Below the pieces are notes generated by a model. That model was not told the origin of the DNA. It worked only from the letters and a program-made list of their open reading frames with translations, and did not search any database. This document shows, piece by piece, positions 1 through 8,631 of a stretch of DNA of 64,000 nucleotides. Source of the DNA: Holophagales bacterium (GTDB lineage Bacteria > Acidobacteriota > Thermoanaerobaculia > UBA5066); the NCBI GenBank assembly GCA_016714815.1, contig JADKBZ010000008.1, positions 53,513 to 117,512 on the forward strand, written 5' to 3'. Within the stretch, counting starts at the first letter, position 1. Each line of letters begins with the position of its first letter. Position numbers and translations under genes: made by a program.

Positions 1-20
1 CAGCGAAAGGCTCGGAAGGC

Positions 21-782
21 TCACTTCGCCCTCCGGGTCCGCGGCTTCTCCTCCTCGCGGGGGTGCGCCGGGCTCTCTTCGGCGGCCTGGGCCTGCCGGG
101 CCATGCTGAGGTGCTCGCCCATCAGGACGCGGGATTCGTCGGCGTCGCGGTCCTTGATCGCCCGGTAGATCTGCCGGTGCAGCTCGGCCGACTCTTTCAG
201 GTCCTTCGCCCGCTCGACGGTGACCCGGCGGTACTCGAAGACGAGCTCGGCGAGCGTGTCGATGAGCGTCGTGAGAACCGGGTTCCGCGAGCCCGCGGCG
301 ACGACCCGGTGGAACTGGAGGTCGTGGACGAGGAACGTCTGGGGGTCGTCGAGAGAGGCGAACATGCTCGTCACCTCGTCGGCGATCAGAGCGATCTGCT
401 CGGCCGTGGCCCGCTCAGCCGCCAGGCCCGCCGTCCCGACCTCGAGGACGCGCCGCGCCTCGAACATCTCGTCGCGCGTGAAGCCGTGGAGCGCCGCCAG
501 AAAGCGGAGCGGCCCGTCCCCCAGCTTCGGCGGCCCGTCGGCGATGTAGGTGCCCGAGCCCTGCCGGGCCTCGATGACGCCCATCGCCTGGAGGGTCCTG
601 AGCCCGGACCGGAGCGAGGGCCGGCTGACCTTGATCTGCAGGGCGAGGTCCCGCTCGGCCGGGAGCCGGTCCCCGGGATGGAGGCTCCCGTCCTCGATGA
701 GGCGGCGGACGTGCTCCACGACTTTTGCGCCCACGGCCCCTTCGATCTTCGGTCGTTCTCCTGCGGTCTGACCTTTTGTCAT
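21..782 (-). CDS. GntR/FadR-family transcriptional regulator (winged-HTH GntR domain plus C-terminal FadR-like FCD domain); probable regulator of the divergent kduD-eda-kdgK operon
   Basis: ORF 21..974(-) trimmed to the internal ATG at 780-782 (MTKGQTAGERPKIEGAVGAKVVEHVRRLIEDGSLHPGDRLPAERDLALQIKVSRPSLRSGLRTLQAMGVIEARQGSG.. is a GntR HTH). The upstream extension of the ORF is Arg/Gly-rich and reads as non-coding. Divergent arrangement with the sugar-acid genes. Confidence 0.8.
   Translation of the reverse strand: MTKGQTAGERPKIEGAVGAKVVEHVRRLIEDGSLHPGDRLPAERDLALQIKVSRPSLRSGLRTLQAMGVIEARQGSGTYIADGPPKLGDGPLRFLAALHGFTRDEMFEARRVLEVGTAGLAAERATAEQIALIADEVTSMFASLDDPQTFLVHDLQFHRVVAAGSRNPVLTTLIDTLAELVFEYRRVTVERAKDLKESAELHRQIYRAIKDRDADESRVLMGEHLSMARQAQAAEESPAHPREEEKPRTRRAK
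765..776. promoter_or_regulatory. Candidate GntR/FadR operator half of an inverted 12-mer pair (GGTCTGACCTTT; core palindrome GGTC-N-GACC), overlapping the regulator start codon
   Basis: Seen in sequence. It is the exact reverse complement of AAAGGTCAGACC at 983-994. The GTC..GAC palindrome core is typical of GntR-family operators (established knowledge). Binding is inferred. Confidence 0.4.
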
Positions 783-982
783 ATCACCCTCTAAGTGGTT
801 CTTCAGAGAGATAGCATCCGGGTCCAGCCGAGTCAAGCAGGAAGCGCTCGCGAAGGGCCCCGGACAGGCCGAAACGACCGCATCTCGAAGCCGTTCCTTC
901 CACCCCCCGGCGGAATACCCCGCCGGCCGGCGGGTTCCTTCCGGTCGGCCCTCTTCCGGATCGCCCCCCACCACTACGCAAG

Positions 983-994
983 AAAGGTCAGACC
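983..994. promoter_or_regulatory. Candidate GntR/FadR operator (AAAGGTCAGACC) about 19 bp upstream of the kduD start
   Basis: Exact inverted partner of the 765-776 site. Its position fits repression of kduD-eda-kdgK. Confidence 0.4.
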
Positions 995-1012
995 ATATAG
1001 ACTTCTCCGGTC

Positions 1013-1780
1013 ATGAGCACACACGACCTCTTCCGCCTCGAGGGCCGCGTCGCCCTCGTCACCGGCGCCACCTCCGGCCTCGGCGGCGCCATGGCCGAGG
1101 CCCTCGCCTCCGCCGGAGCCGACGTCGTCTGCCACGGTCTCGCCGAGCCCCCCGAGGAGACGATGGCCGCCGTCCGCGCCCACGGGCGCCGTGCCGCCGC
1201 CGTCGTCGGCGACCTGAGCCTCCCCGAGACCGCGACGCGGCTCGTCGACGAGGCCGAATCCGCCCTCGGGCCGGTCGACATCCTCGTGAACAACGCCGGG
1301 ACGATCCGCCGCGCCCCCGCCGCCGAGCACTCCGACGCGGACTGGGACCTCGTCCTCGGCGTCAACCTCTCCAGCCCCTTCCGCCTCTCCCGCGAGGTCG
1401 GGAGACGCCTCATCGCGCGCGGCGCGCACGGGAAGATCGTGAACGTCGCGTCGCTCCTCTCCTTCCAGGGCGGGATCCTCGTCCCCTCCTACGCCGCGGC
1501 GAAAGGGGGGCTCGCCCAGCTGACGAAGGCCCTCGCCAACGAGTGGGCGCCGAAGGGGATCAACGTCAACGCCATCGCCCCCGGCTACATGAGGACCGAC
1601 AACACCGCCGCCCTCCGCGCCGACGCGAACCGGAGCCGGCAGATCCTCGAGCGGATCCCCGCCGGGAGATGGGGCGAGCCGGAGGACCTCGCCGGGGTGG
1701 TCGTCTTCCTCGCCTCGTCCGCCAGCGACTACGTCAACGGCCACGTCGTCGTCGTCGACGGCGGCTGGCTGGCCAGGTAA
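1013..1780 (+). CDS. kduD: 2-dehydro-3-deoxy-D-gluconate 5-dehydrogenase-like short-chain dehydrogenase/reductase
   Basis: 255 aa. SDR motifs TGATSGLG (Rossmann), NNAG, and S..YAAAKGG (catalytic Y/K). Operon context with KDPG aldolase and KDG kinase. Confidence 0.75.
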   Translation: MSTHDLFRLEGRVALVTGATSGLGGAMAEALASAGADVVCHGLAEPPEETMAAVRAHGRRAAAVVGDLSLPETATRLVDEAESALGPVDILVNNAGTIRRAPAAEHSDADWDLVLGVNLSSPFRLSREVGRRLIARGAHGKIVNVASLLSFQGGILVPSYAAAKGGLAQLTKALANEWAPKGINVNAIAPGYMRTDNTAALRADANRSRQILERIPAGRWGEPEDLAGVVVFLASSASDYVNGHVVVVDGGWLAR

Positions 1781-1791
1781 CGGAGGCGCCC

Positions 1792-2445
1792 GTGTCCTCC
1801 CGAGCCGAGACCGTCGCCGCCCTCGAGGCGTGCGGCGTCGTCGCCGTCATCCGCCTGAAGGAGGCCGGAACTCTCCGGGCCGTCGTCGACGCCCTGGCCG
1901 CCGGAGGAGTCCTCGCCCTCGAGGTGACGATGACGGTCCCGCGCGCCCTCGAGCTCATCGCCGAGATCGCGCCGTCGCTTCCTCCCGAGATCGTTCTCGG
2001 CGCCGGGACCGTCCTCGACGCGGCGACGGCGCGGGCGGCGATCGAGGCCGGGGCGCGCTACGTCGTCAGCCCGGTCTTCCGCGAGGAGGTCCTCCGCGTC
2101 TGCCACCGCGCGGGCGTGGCCGCGATGCCCGGCTGCTTCACCCCGACCGAGATCCTGGCGGCCTCGGAGGCGGGGGCCGACGTCGTCAAGGTCTTCCCCG
2201 CCACGGCGCTCGGGCCAGGCTACTTCCGGGACCTGAGAGGTCCCTTCCCGGACCTGAGGCTCATGCCGACGGGCGGCGTTTCGCTCGCGAACGCGGGCGA
2301 CTGGATCCGCGCCGGAGCCGTGGCGATCGGCGTCGGTACGGCCCTCGTCGACGCCGGAACGGTCGCCGCCCGCCGCTTCGACGAGATCACCGAAAGGGCC
2401 CGGCAGTTCGTCGCGGCGGTCGCCGCGGCGCGGAGTGAGCGATGA
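1792..2445 (+). CDS. eda: 2-keto-3-deoxy-6-phosphogluconate (KDPG) / KHG aldolase
   Basis: GTG start at 1792 preceded by GGAGG (1783-1787). Protein VSSRAETVAALEACGVVAVIRL...GAGTVL...VSP...KVFPA is typical Eda. The 5' part of ORF 1543..2445 is Arg-rich junk. Confidence 0.8.
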   Translation: MSSRAETVAALEACGVVAVIRLKEAGTLRAVVDALAAGGVLALEVTMTVPRALELIAEIAPSLPPEIVLGAGTVLDAATARAAIEAGARYVVSPVFREEVLRVCHRAGVAAMPGCFTPTEILAASEAGADVVKVFPATALGPGYFRDLRGPFPDLRLMPTGGVSLANAGDWIRAGAVAIGVGTALVDAGTVAARRFDEITERARQFVAAVAAARSER

Positions 2446-2653
2446 AGAGAGGAAGCCCGCGCGGAGGGGTTCGGGGACCGCGAGGGGCGCTGCGGCGCCC
2501 CCTCGCGAAGACGAAGTCCACCCGGCGTCCGGGTTGGCTGCGCCTTCACCTCGCGGCCAAGCCGCTCGGCGGTCCTCCGAGATCATTGTCAGAAAAGCCC
2601 CCGTGCCTCGGGCTTTCCGTCAACGCATGTCGGGCGCAGAACGGTAGGAAGCC

Positions 2654-3682
2654 ATGAAGACGGTCATCACCTTCGGCGAGATCATGCTGAGGCTCTCCCC
2701 GCCCGGGTTCGAGCGGCTCTTCCAGTCGCCGCTCCTCGCGGCCACCTTCGGCGGCGGGGAGGCGAACGTCGCCGTCAGCCTCGCCCACTTCGGCCTCGAC
2801 AGCCGCTACGTGACGCGCCTTCCCGCCAATGCCGTCGGCGACGCCGCGCTCCGGGCCGTGCGGGCCGAAGGGGTGAACGTCGACGGGGTCCTCCGCGGCG
2901 GCGACCGCCTCGGCATCTACTTCGCCGAGACGGGCGCGAGCCAGCGCGCCGGCGTCGTGGTCTACGACCGGGCCGGTTCCGCCGTGGCCGGCGCCGGGCC
3001 CGGGGTGTTCGACTGGGCGCGGCTCCTTTCGGGAGCGGCCTGGTTTCACGTCACCGGGATCACCCCCGCCCTCGGCCCCGCCGCCGCCGCGACGACGCTC
3101 GAGGCCGTCGAGGCCGCACGCGCGGCCGGAGCGCGCGTCTCGATCGACCTCAACTTCCGAAGGAAGCTCTGGACCGAGGAGGAGGCGCAGGCCGTGATGC
3201 GGCCCCTGGCGGCGCGGGCCCACGTCGTGATCGCAAACGAGGAGGACGTCCAGGCGTGCCTCGGGCTCGCGGTGCGGGACACCGACGTGCGACGCGGCGG
3301 GCTCGACCCCGCGGCCTATCGCGAGACGGCCGTCCGGGTCGCGCGGGACTTCGGATCGGAGCTCGTCGCGATCACGCTCCGGGAGAGCCGGTCGGCAAGC
3401 CGGAACGGCTGGAGCGCCGTCCTGTGGGACGCGGCCGCGGCGGCCTTCCACGAAAGCCGGAAATACGACGTGACCCTCGTCGACCGGATCGGCGGGGGCG
3501 ACTCGTTCGCCGCCGGCCTCGTCTTCGGGCTCGTCACCGGGCGCTCCCCGGCGGAGGCGCTCGGCTTCGCGGTCGCCGCCAGCGCCCTGAAGCAGACGAT
3601 CCCGGGGGACTTCAACCGCGTGACGGTCGACGAGGTCGACCGCCTCGCGGGCGGCGACGGGAGCGGGCGGGTCCGGCGGTAG
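2654..3682 (+). CDS. kdgK: 2-dehydro-3-deoxygluconokinase (PfkB-family sugar kinase)
   Basis: 342 aa. N-terminal [18 protein letters not shown] and C-terminal [16 protein letters not shown] (PfkB signature 2). AGGAAG RBS before ATG 2654. Confidence 0.8.
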   Translation: MKTVITFGEIMLRLSPPGFERLFQSPLLAATFGGGEANVAVSLAHFGLDSRYVTRLPANAVGDAALRAVRAEGVNVDGVLRGGDRLGIYFAETGASQRAGVVVYDRAGSAVAGAGPGVFDWARLLSGAAWFHVTGITPALGPAAAATTLEAVEAARAAGARVSIDLNFRRKLWTEEEAQAVMRPLAARAHVVIANEEDVQACLGLAVRDTDVRRGGLDPAAYRETAVRVARDFGSELVAITLRESRSASRNGWSAVLWDAAAAAFHESRKYDVTLVDRIGGGDSFAAGLVFGLVTGRSPAEALGFAVAASALKQTIPGDFNRVTVDEVDRLAGGDGSGRVRR

Positions 3683-3734
3683 CGGGCGACGTCCGTCCCG
3701 GCATCCCTTTCCATCCGCCCGGCTTCACACCGTC

Positions 3735-3762
3735 TTGACACGCTCCCGCCGTCTGCTATCGT
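3735..3762 (+). promoter_or_regulatory. Putative sigma70-type promoter (TTGACA, 16-nt spacer, TATCGT) upstream of the PhoU-fusion/pst operon
   Basis: A perfect TTGACA hexamer at 3735-3740 in a roughly 70% GC genome, with an appropriately spaced -10-like TATCGT at 3757-3762. Inference only. Confidence 0.3.
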
Positions 3763-3820
3763 CCTGCGTTGCAAGGAGATAGCGGGGAGGCCGCCTCCTC
3801 TCTCGCCATCAAGGAAGCGA

Positions 3821-4927
3821 ATGCCGACCCGTCTGGAAATCTCCCTCGAACGCGACATCGACCGTATCCGCCAGGAGCTCCTCGAGATGTCCAGCCTCGC
3901 GGAGCGGGCTCTGCGGGATTGCGTCGAGTCGTTCGGCGTCGGCAACCGCCAGCGGGCCTACGCCGTCATCCTGCGCGATCAGCTCATCGACGAGAAGGAG
4001 AAGGAGATCGACCGGCTCTGCCTCGAGTTCCTCGTGCGGCAGCAGCCCGTCGGCATCCACCTCCGGCTCGCCTACAGCGCCATCAAGATCAACCTTGAGC
4101 TGGAGAGGGTCGGGGACTACGCCGAGAGCATCGCCCGGCAGGTCCTCCGCCTCGACACGCTCCCGGAGGCGCCCGCGCCGCTCCAGCGGCGGCTCGTCGA
4201 GATGGCCGACCTCTCCATCCCGATGATCCACGACGCGATCGAGGCGTTCGTGAAGCAGGACGCCGAGCTCGCGAAGGCGGTCATCGTCAGCGAGCCGGCC
4301 GTCGACGCGCTCCTCGGCAAGCTCGTCACCGAGCTCGTCGAGGAGGTCCGCGAGTCGCGGATCGTCCCGGAGATGCTCGTGGCGCTCTCCACGATCGGCC
4401 GCCGCTTCGAGCGCGTGGCGGACCAGGCCCGGAACGTCTGCATGGAGACGCTCTACATGTGCACGGGCCAGTACGCCAAGCACCCGGGCGCCGACACCTT
4501 CCGCGTCCTCTTCGTGGGCGAGCACAACGCCTGCCGGAGCCAGATGGCCGAAGCGATCGCCCAGTCGCTCGGGCAGCCGAAGTTCGTCTTCTCCAGCGCC
4601 GGCCTCGAGCCGCGAGCGATCGACCCGAGGACCTTCGCCTTCCTGAAGGAGAAGGGGTTCGACGCCCTCCACATGGCGCCGAAGGGGACCGACCAGATCC
4701 CGAACCTCGAGTACTACAACGTCGTCGTCGGGGTCGCCACCGAGGCGCAGCAGGCGTTTCCGCGCACGCCGCGAAACCTCGTCTACGTCGACTGGAGCAT
4801 CGACGACCCGTCGCGCGCCGAGGGCTCTCCCGAAGAGGTTCACGCGGCCTACGAGGCGGCGTACGAATTCCTTTCCCGCAACGTCCGGGACCTCGTTGGC
4901 GCCGTCCTCGGAATCGCCCTCGACTAG
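3821..4927 (+). CDS. Fusion protein: N-terminal PhoU-domain phosphate-signalling regulator plus C-terminal low-molecular-weight protein-tyrosine-phosphatase/ArsC-like domain with a degenerate P-loop (nucleophilic Cys replaced)
   Basis: 368 aa. Residues 1-~215 are PhoU-like helical repeats. The C-terminal part has FRVLFVGEHNACRSQMAEAIAQ (canonical C-x-G-N-x-C-R-S becomes G-E-H-N-A-C-R-S) and a downstream DWSIDDPS (D-P loop). AAGGAAG RBS. Sits directly upstream of pstSCAB in the position phoU usually occupies after pstB. Confidence 0.75.
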   Translation: MPTRLEISLERDIDRIRQELLEMSSLAERALRDCVESFGVGNRQRAYAVILRDQLIDEKEKEIDRLCLEFLVRQQPVGIHLRLAYSAIKINLELERVGDYAESIARQVLRLDTLPEAPAPLQRRLVEMADLSIPMIHDAIEAFVKQDAELAKAVIVSEPAVDALLGKLVTELVEEVRESRIVPEMLVALSTIGRRFERVADQARNVCMETLYMCTGQYAKHPGADTFRVLFVGEHNACRSQMAEAIAQSLGQPKFVFSSAGLEPRAIDPRTFAFLKEKGFDALHMAPKGTDQIPNLEYYNVVVGVATEAQQAFPRTPRNLVYVDWSIDDPSRAEGSPEEVHAAYEAAYEFLSRNVRDLVGAVLGIALD

Positions 4928-4952
4928 CACGCAACGCCCCACAGGAGAGCTC

Positions 4953-5948
4953 ATGGCCCGACTTCGTTCCCGCGCGCAGCTTCGGATGTCCGCCCTCTTC
5001 CTCGCCGCCACACTCGCCGTTCCGGCCTGCGGAGGCGGTGGGAGCAAGGAAGCGAAGGACGCGAAGCCTTCGAACACCGTCCTCCAGAACAAGGGCTCCG
5101 ACACCATGGTCAACGTCGCCCAGGTCTGGGCGGAGGAGTACCGCAAGGTCGCGCCGAACGTCGAGGTCGAGGTCTCCGGCGGCGGCTCGGGCGTCGGGAT
5201 CGCCGCGCTCCTGAAGGGAGCGGTCGACCTCGCCAACGCCAGCCGGGACATCAAGCCGAGCGAGGCCGAGCAGGCGTCGAAGAACACCGGCAAGTCCCCC
5301 GTCGGGTTCAACGTCGGCGCCGACGCCCTCGCCGTCTACGTCCACAAGGACAACCCGATGTCCGAAATCACCCTCGTGCAGCTCACCGACCTCTACGCCG
5401 AAGGCGGGAAGGTGACCCGCTGGTCGGAGCTCGGAATCACCATCCCCGGCGTCAAGGACGACACGATCGTCCGCGTGAGCCGCCAGTCGAGCTCCGGCAC
5501 CTACGAGTTCTTCCGCGAGCACGCCCTCGGGAACCGCGATTTTCGGCTCGGCTCGCGCGACCTGAACGGCTCCAAGGAAGTCGTCGAGCTCGTCGGAACG
5601 ACCCCGACGGCGATCGGCTACAGCGGCATGGGATACGCGACGGCCGACGTGAAGATGCTGAAGGTCGCGCCGAAAGCCGGTGCCCCGGCCGTCGCCCCGA
5701 CGATCGCCGCCGTCCACGACAAGAGCTACCCGCTGGCCCGCTCGCTCCACGTCTACACCCTCGGCCAGCCCGAGGGAGCGGTGAAGGCCTACATCGACTG
5801 GATCCTCTCCCCCGCCGGCCAGAAGGTCGTCGAGGACGCCGGCTACGTGCCGGTCGCCGCCGCGGGAAACGCGACTGGGGCTCTCGCCACTGAGGCGCCC
5901 GCTCCCGGCGCTCCGCCAGCCCCCGCGGCCCCTCAGCCGAAGCCCTGA
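4953..5948 (+). CDS. pstS: Phosphate ABC transporter substrate-binding protein
   Basis: Start moved to the ATG at 4953 (AGGAGAG RBS). Signal/lipoprotein-like N-terminus MARLRSRAQLRMSALFLAATLAVPACGGG. The PstS fold signature SGGGSGVG and Pro/Ala-rich C-terminal tail are present. Confidence 0.85.
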   Translation: MARLRSRAQLRMSALFLAATLAVPACGGGGSKEAKDAKPSNTVLQNKGSDTMVNVAQVWAEEYRKVAPNVEVEVSGGGSGVGIAALLKGAVDLANASRDIKPSEAEQASKNTGKSPVGFNVGADALAVYVHKDNPMSEITLVQLTDLYAEGGKVTRWSELGITIPGVKDDTIVRVSRQSSSGTYEFFREHALGNRDFRLGSRDLNGSKEVVELVGTTPTAIGYSGMGYATADVKMLKVAPKAGAPAVAPTIAAVHDKSYPLARSLHVYTLGQPEGAVKAYIDWILSPAGQKVVEDAGYVPVAAAGNATGALATEAPAPGAPPAPAAPQPKP

Positions 5949-6012
5949 GGAGGCCCATCCGCATGGAGACGCCGGGCCCCGGGGCGCCTCGCCCCGGGGC
6001 TCGACCCGAATC

Positions 6013-6942
6013 ATGAGCAGCGTGCCGTCCCCCATCCGGATCGCCCGCGCCGAGCGGTCGCGTGCCGCCGTCCTCGCGGAGAAGGCCCTCGAGGCGCTCA
6101 TCCGCCTGAGCGGCGTCAGCGCCATCCTCTTCGTCGCGGCCATCTTCTTCTTCGTCCTCAAGGAAGCCGCGCCCGTTCTCTTCAGCGAGGGGTTCTCGCT
6201 CGGGCAATTCCTCTTCAGCACCGAGTGGTACCCGACCTCGGCCAACAACGTCCGCTACGGCACCTTCGCTCTGACGGTCGGAACCCTGAGCGTCACCGCG
6301 CTCGCGATGCTCATCGCCGTTCCCTTCGGCCTCGGCGCGGCGATCTACCTCTCGGAGTTCTGCAAGCCGCGCCTGCGCGAGACGCTCAAGGTCGTCATCG
6401 AGCTCCTCTCGGCGATCCCGAGCGTCGTGTGGGGCTTCGTCGGCCTCACCGTCATGAGCAAGCTCATCGTGAACGCGACGGGCGCGCCGGTCGGCGTGAA
6501 CGTCCTCAACGGCGGGATCATCCTCGCCCTCATGAGCGTCCCCGTCATCGTCTCGATCGGCGAGGACGCCCTGAAGGCCGTCCCCGACTCCTTCCGCGAG
6601 GCGGGGGTCGCGCTCGGCGCCACGCGCTGGCAGCTCGTCTACCGCGTCCTCCTCCCCGCCGCCAGGAACGGACTCCTCGCGGCCGTCCTCCTCGGCGTCG
6701 GGCGCGCCGTGGGCGAGACGATGGCCGTCCTGATGGCGACCGGGCACGCCGTCCACATCCCCGGAAGCCTCCTCGACTCGGTCCGCACCCTCACGGCGAA
6801 CATCGCCGCCGAGCTCGGAGAGGCGCCCTCCGGCTCCGACCACTACCGCGTCCTCTTCCTCACCGGGACGCTCCTCTTCCTCATCACCCTCGTCGTGAAC
6901 CTGACGGCCGACTTCGTCGTCCGCGGGATCCGGAGGAAGTAG
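6013..6942 (+). CDS. pstC: Phosphate ABC transporter permease
   Basis: 309 aa, multi-TM, EAA-like loop, typical PstC. Confidence 0.9.
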   Translation: MSSVPSPIRIARAERSRAAVLAEKALEALIRLSGVSAILFVAAIFFFVLKEAAPVLFSEGFSLGQFLFSTEWYPTSANNVRYGTFALTVGTLSVTALAMLIAVPFGLGAAIYLSEFCKPRLRETLKVVIELLSAIPSVVWGFVGLTVMSKLIVNATGAPVGVNVLNGGIILALMSVPVIVSIGEDALKAVPDSFREAGVALGATRWQLVYRVLLPAARNGLLAAVLLGVGRAVGETMAVLMATGHAVHIPGSLLDSVRTLTANIAAELGEAPSGSDHYRVLFLTGTLLFLITLVVNLTADFVVRGIRRK

Positions 6943-6944
6943 CC

Positions 6945-7838
6945 GTGGCCGGCCGCTTCGCGAAGACCCCGCACATCGCCCGCAAGGAGATCGCCGAGTC
7001 CGTCGCCAGGAGCGTCTTCGGCCTCATGTCGGCCGCGATGATCGTGCCGCTCGTCCTGATCGTCGGATACCTCGTCGTCCTGGCGTGGCCCGCCCTGAGC
7101 CTGGAGTTCCTCCTCGACGTCCCGAAGCGCGGGATGACGGACGGCGGCATCTGGCCCGCCTTCGTCGGGACGCTCTACCTCGTCGGCATCTCGCTCCTGG
7201 TCTCCACGCCGATCGGGGTCCTCGCCGCGATCTACCTGAACGAGTACGCCAAGGACAACTGGTTCAACCGCCTCGTGAACCTCGCCGTCATCAACCTGGC
7301 GGGCGTCCCGAGCATCGTCCACGCCCTCTTCGGCCTCGGCGCCTTCGTCTACGCGGCCCGCTTCGGATACTCGATCCTCTCCGCCTCGCTGACGCTGGCC
7401 ATCATGACGCTCCCCGTCATCATCGCGAGCACGCGCGAGGCGCTCGCCTCCGTCCCGATGGCCTTCCGCGAGGCGTGCTGGAACGTCGGCGCGACGCGCT
7501 GGCAGACGGTCCGCGCCGTCGTCCTGCCGAACTCCATCAGCGGCATCCTCACCGGCGTCATCCTCCAGGTGAGCCGCGCCGCCGGAGAGACGGCCCCCGT
7601 CATGTTCACGGGGGCCGTCTTCTTCAAGGCCGTCCAGCGGGGCGACCTCTTCCCCTACGGCCTCGGCGACCAGTGCATGGCGCTCTCCATGCACCTCTAC
7701 ACGCTCGCGACCCAGGTGCCGAACGTGAAGGAGGCGCTCCCCTACGCGACGGCCGTCGTCCTCCTCGGCTCGGTCCTGCTCGTGAACGCGACCGCCATCG
7801 TGCTCCGGATCTGGCTTAGGAACCGGAAGAAGTGGTGA
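6945..7838 (+). CDS. pstA: Phosphate ABC transporter permease
   Basis: GTG start at 6945 after GGAGGAAG, 2 nt after the pstC stop. VAGRFAKTPHIARKEIAES... typical PstA. The upstream part of ORF 6225..7838 is in a different frame from pstC and Arg-rich. Confidence 0.88.
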   Translation: MAGRFAKTPHIARKEIAESVARSVFGLMSAAMIVPLVLIVGYLVVLAWPALSLEFLLDVPKRGMTDGGIWPAFVGTLYLVGISLLVSTPIGVLAAIYLNEYAKDNWFNRLVNLAVINLAGVPSIVHALFGLGAFVYAARFGYSILSASLTLAIMTLPVIIASTREALASVPMAFREACWNVGATRWQTVRAVVLPNSISGILTGVILQVSRAAGETAPVMFTGAVFFKAVQRGDLFPYGLGDQCMALSMHLYTLATQVPNVKEALPYATAVVLLGSVLLVNATAIVLRIWLRNRKKW

Positions 7839-7842
7839 CGGC

Positions 7843-8631
7843 GTGACGGAGAGCGCGACCCACGCCCCGGCGAGCCCGGTGAAGGAGATCGAGGTCTCGG
7901 ACCTCCGCCTCGCCTACGGGGGCAAGGAGGTGATCCACGGGATCTCCTTCAACGTCCACCGCAACGAGATCCTCGCCGTCATCGGACCGGCGCAGTCGGG
8001 CAAGACCTCGATGCTCCGCTGCCTGAACCGGACGATCGACTTCACCGCCTCGGCCTCGGTCTCGGGGTGCGTGAAGGTGGGCGGCCAGGACGTGCGGGCG
8101 ATGAAGGACGTCTTCGCCCTGAGGCGCCGGATCGGGATGGTCGCGCCGCTTCCGACGGGCCTCCCGCTCTCGATCTACGACAACGTCGCCTTCGCCCCCC
8201 GCTGCTCGGGCGTGACGCGCAAGGCCGACCTCGAGCCCGTCGTCGAGAAGTGCCTCCGGCAGGCCGCCCTCTGGGACGAGGTGAAGGACCGGCTCGACAG
8301 CCTCGGCACGGCCCTCTCCGGCGGGCAGCAGCAGCGCCTCACGATCGCCCGGGCGCTCTCGCACCAGCCCGAGATCCTCTGCCTCGACGAGTTCTCGATC
8401 GCCATCGACCCCGTGACGACGATGCGGATCGAGGACGTCCTCAAGGAGCTGCGCGAGGAGATCACCATCATCCTCGTGACGAACCTGACGCAGCAGGCCC
8501 GGCGGCTCTCCGACCGGACGATGTTCCTCCTGGAGGGCGACATCGTCGAGATCGACGCGACCGACGTCATCTACTCCGGCGAGTCGAAGAGCGAGAAGAC
8601 GCGCGGCTACGTCAGCGGGATGTTCGGATGA
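7843..8631 (+). CDS. pstB: Phosphate ABC transporter ATP-binding protein paralog 1 (signature motif intact, H-loop His replaced by Asn)
   Basis: Walker A GPAQSGKTS, signature LSGGQQQR, Walker B ILCLDEFS. The H-loop reads VTNLTQQA where the canonical form is VTHNMxQA. Confidence 0.85.
   Translation: MTESATHAPASPVKEIEVSDLRLAYGGKEVIHGISFNVHRNEILAVIGPAQSGKTSMLRCLNRTIDFTASASVSGCVKVGGQDVRAMKDVFALRRRIGMVAPLPTGLPLSIYDNVAFAPRCSGVTRKADLEPVVEKCLRQAALWDEVKDRLDSLGTALSGGQQQRLTIARALSHQPEILCLDEFSIAIDPVTTMRIEDVLKELREEITIILVTNLTQQARRLSDRTMFLLEGDIVEIDATDVIYSGESKSEKTRGYVSGMFG

Noticed and set aside
6225-7838. 537-aa ORF suggesting a long N-terminal extension of pstA
   Set aside because: The 5' two-thirds is Arg/Pro-rich and overlaps pstC in another frame. 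A GTG with RBS at 6945 gives a normal-length PstA.
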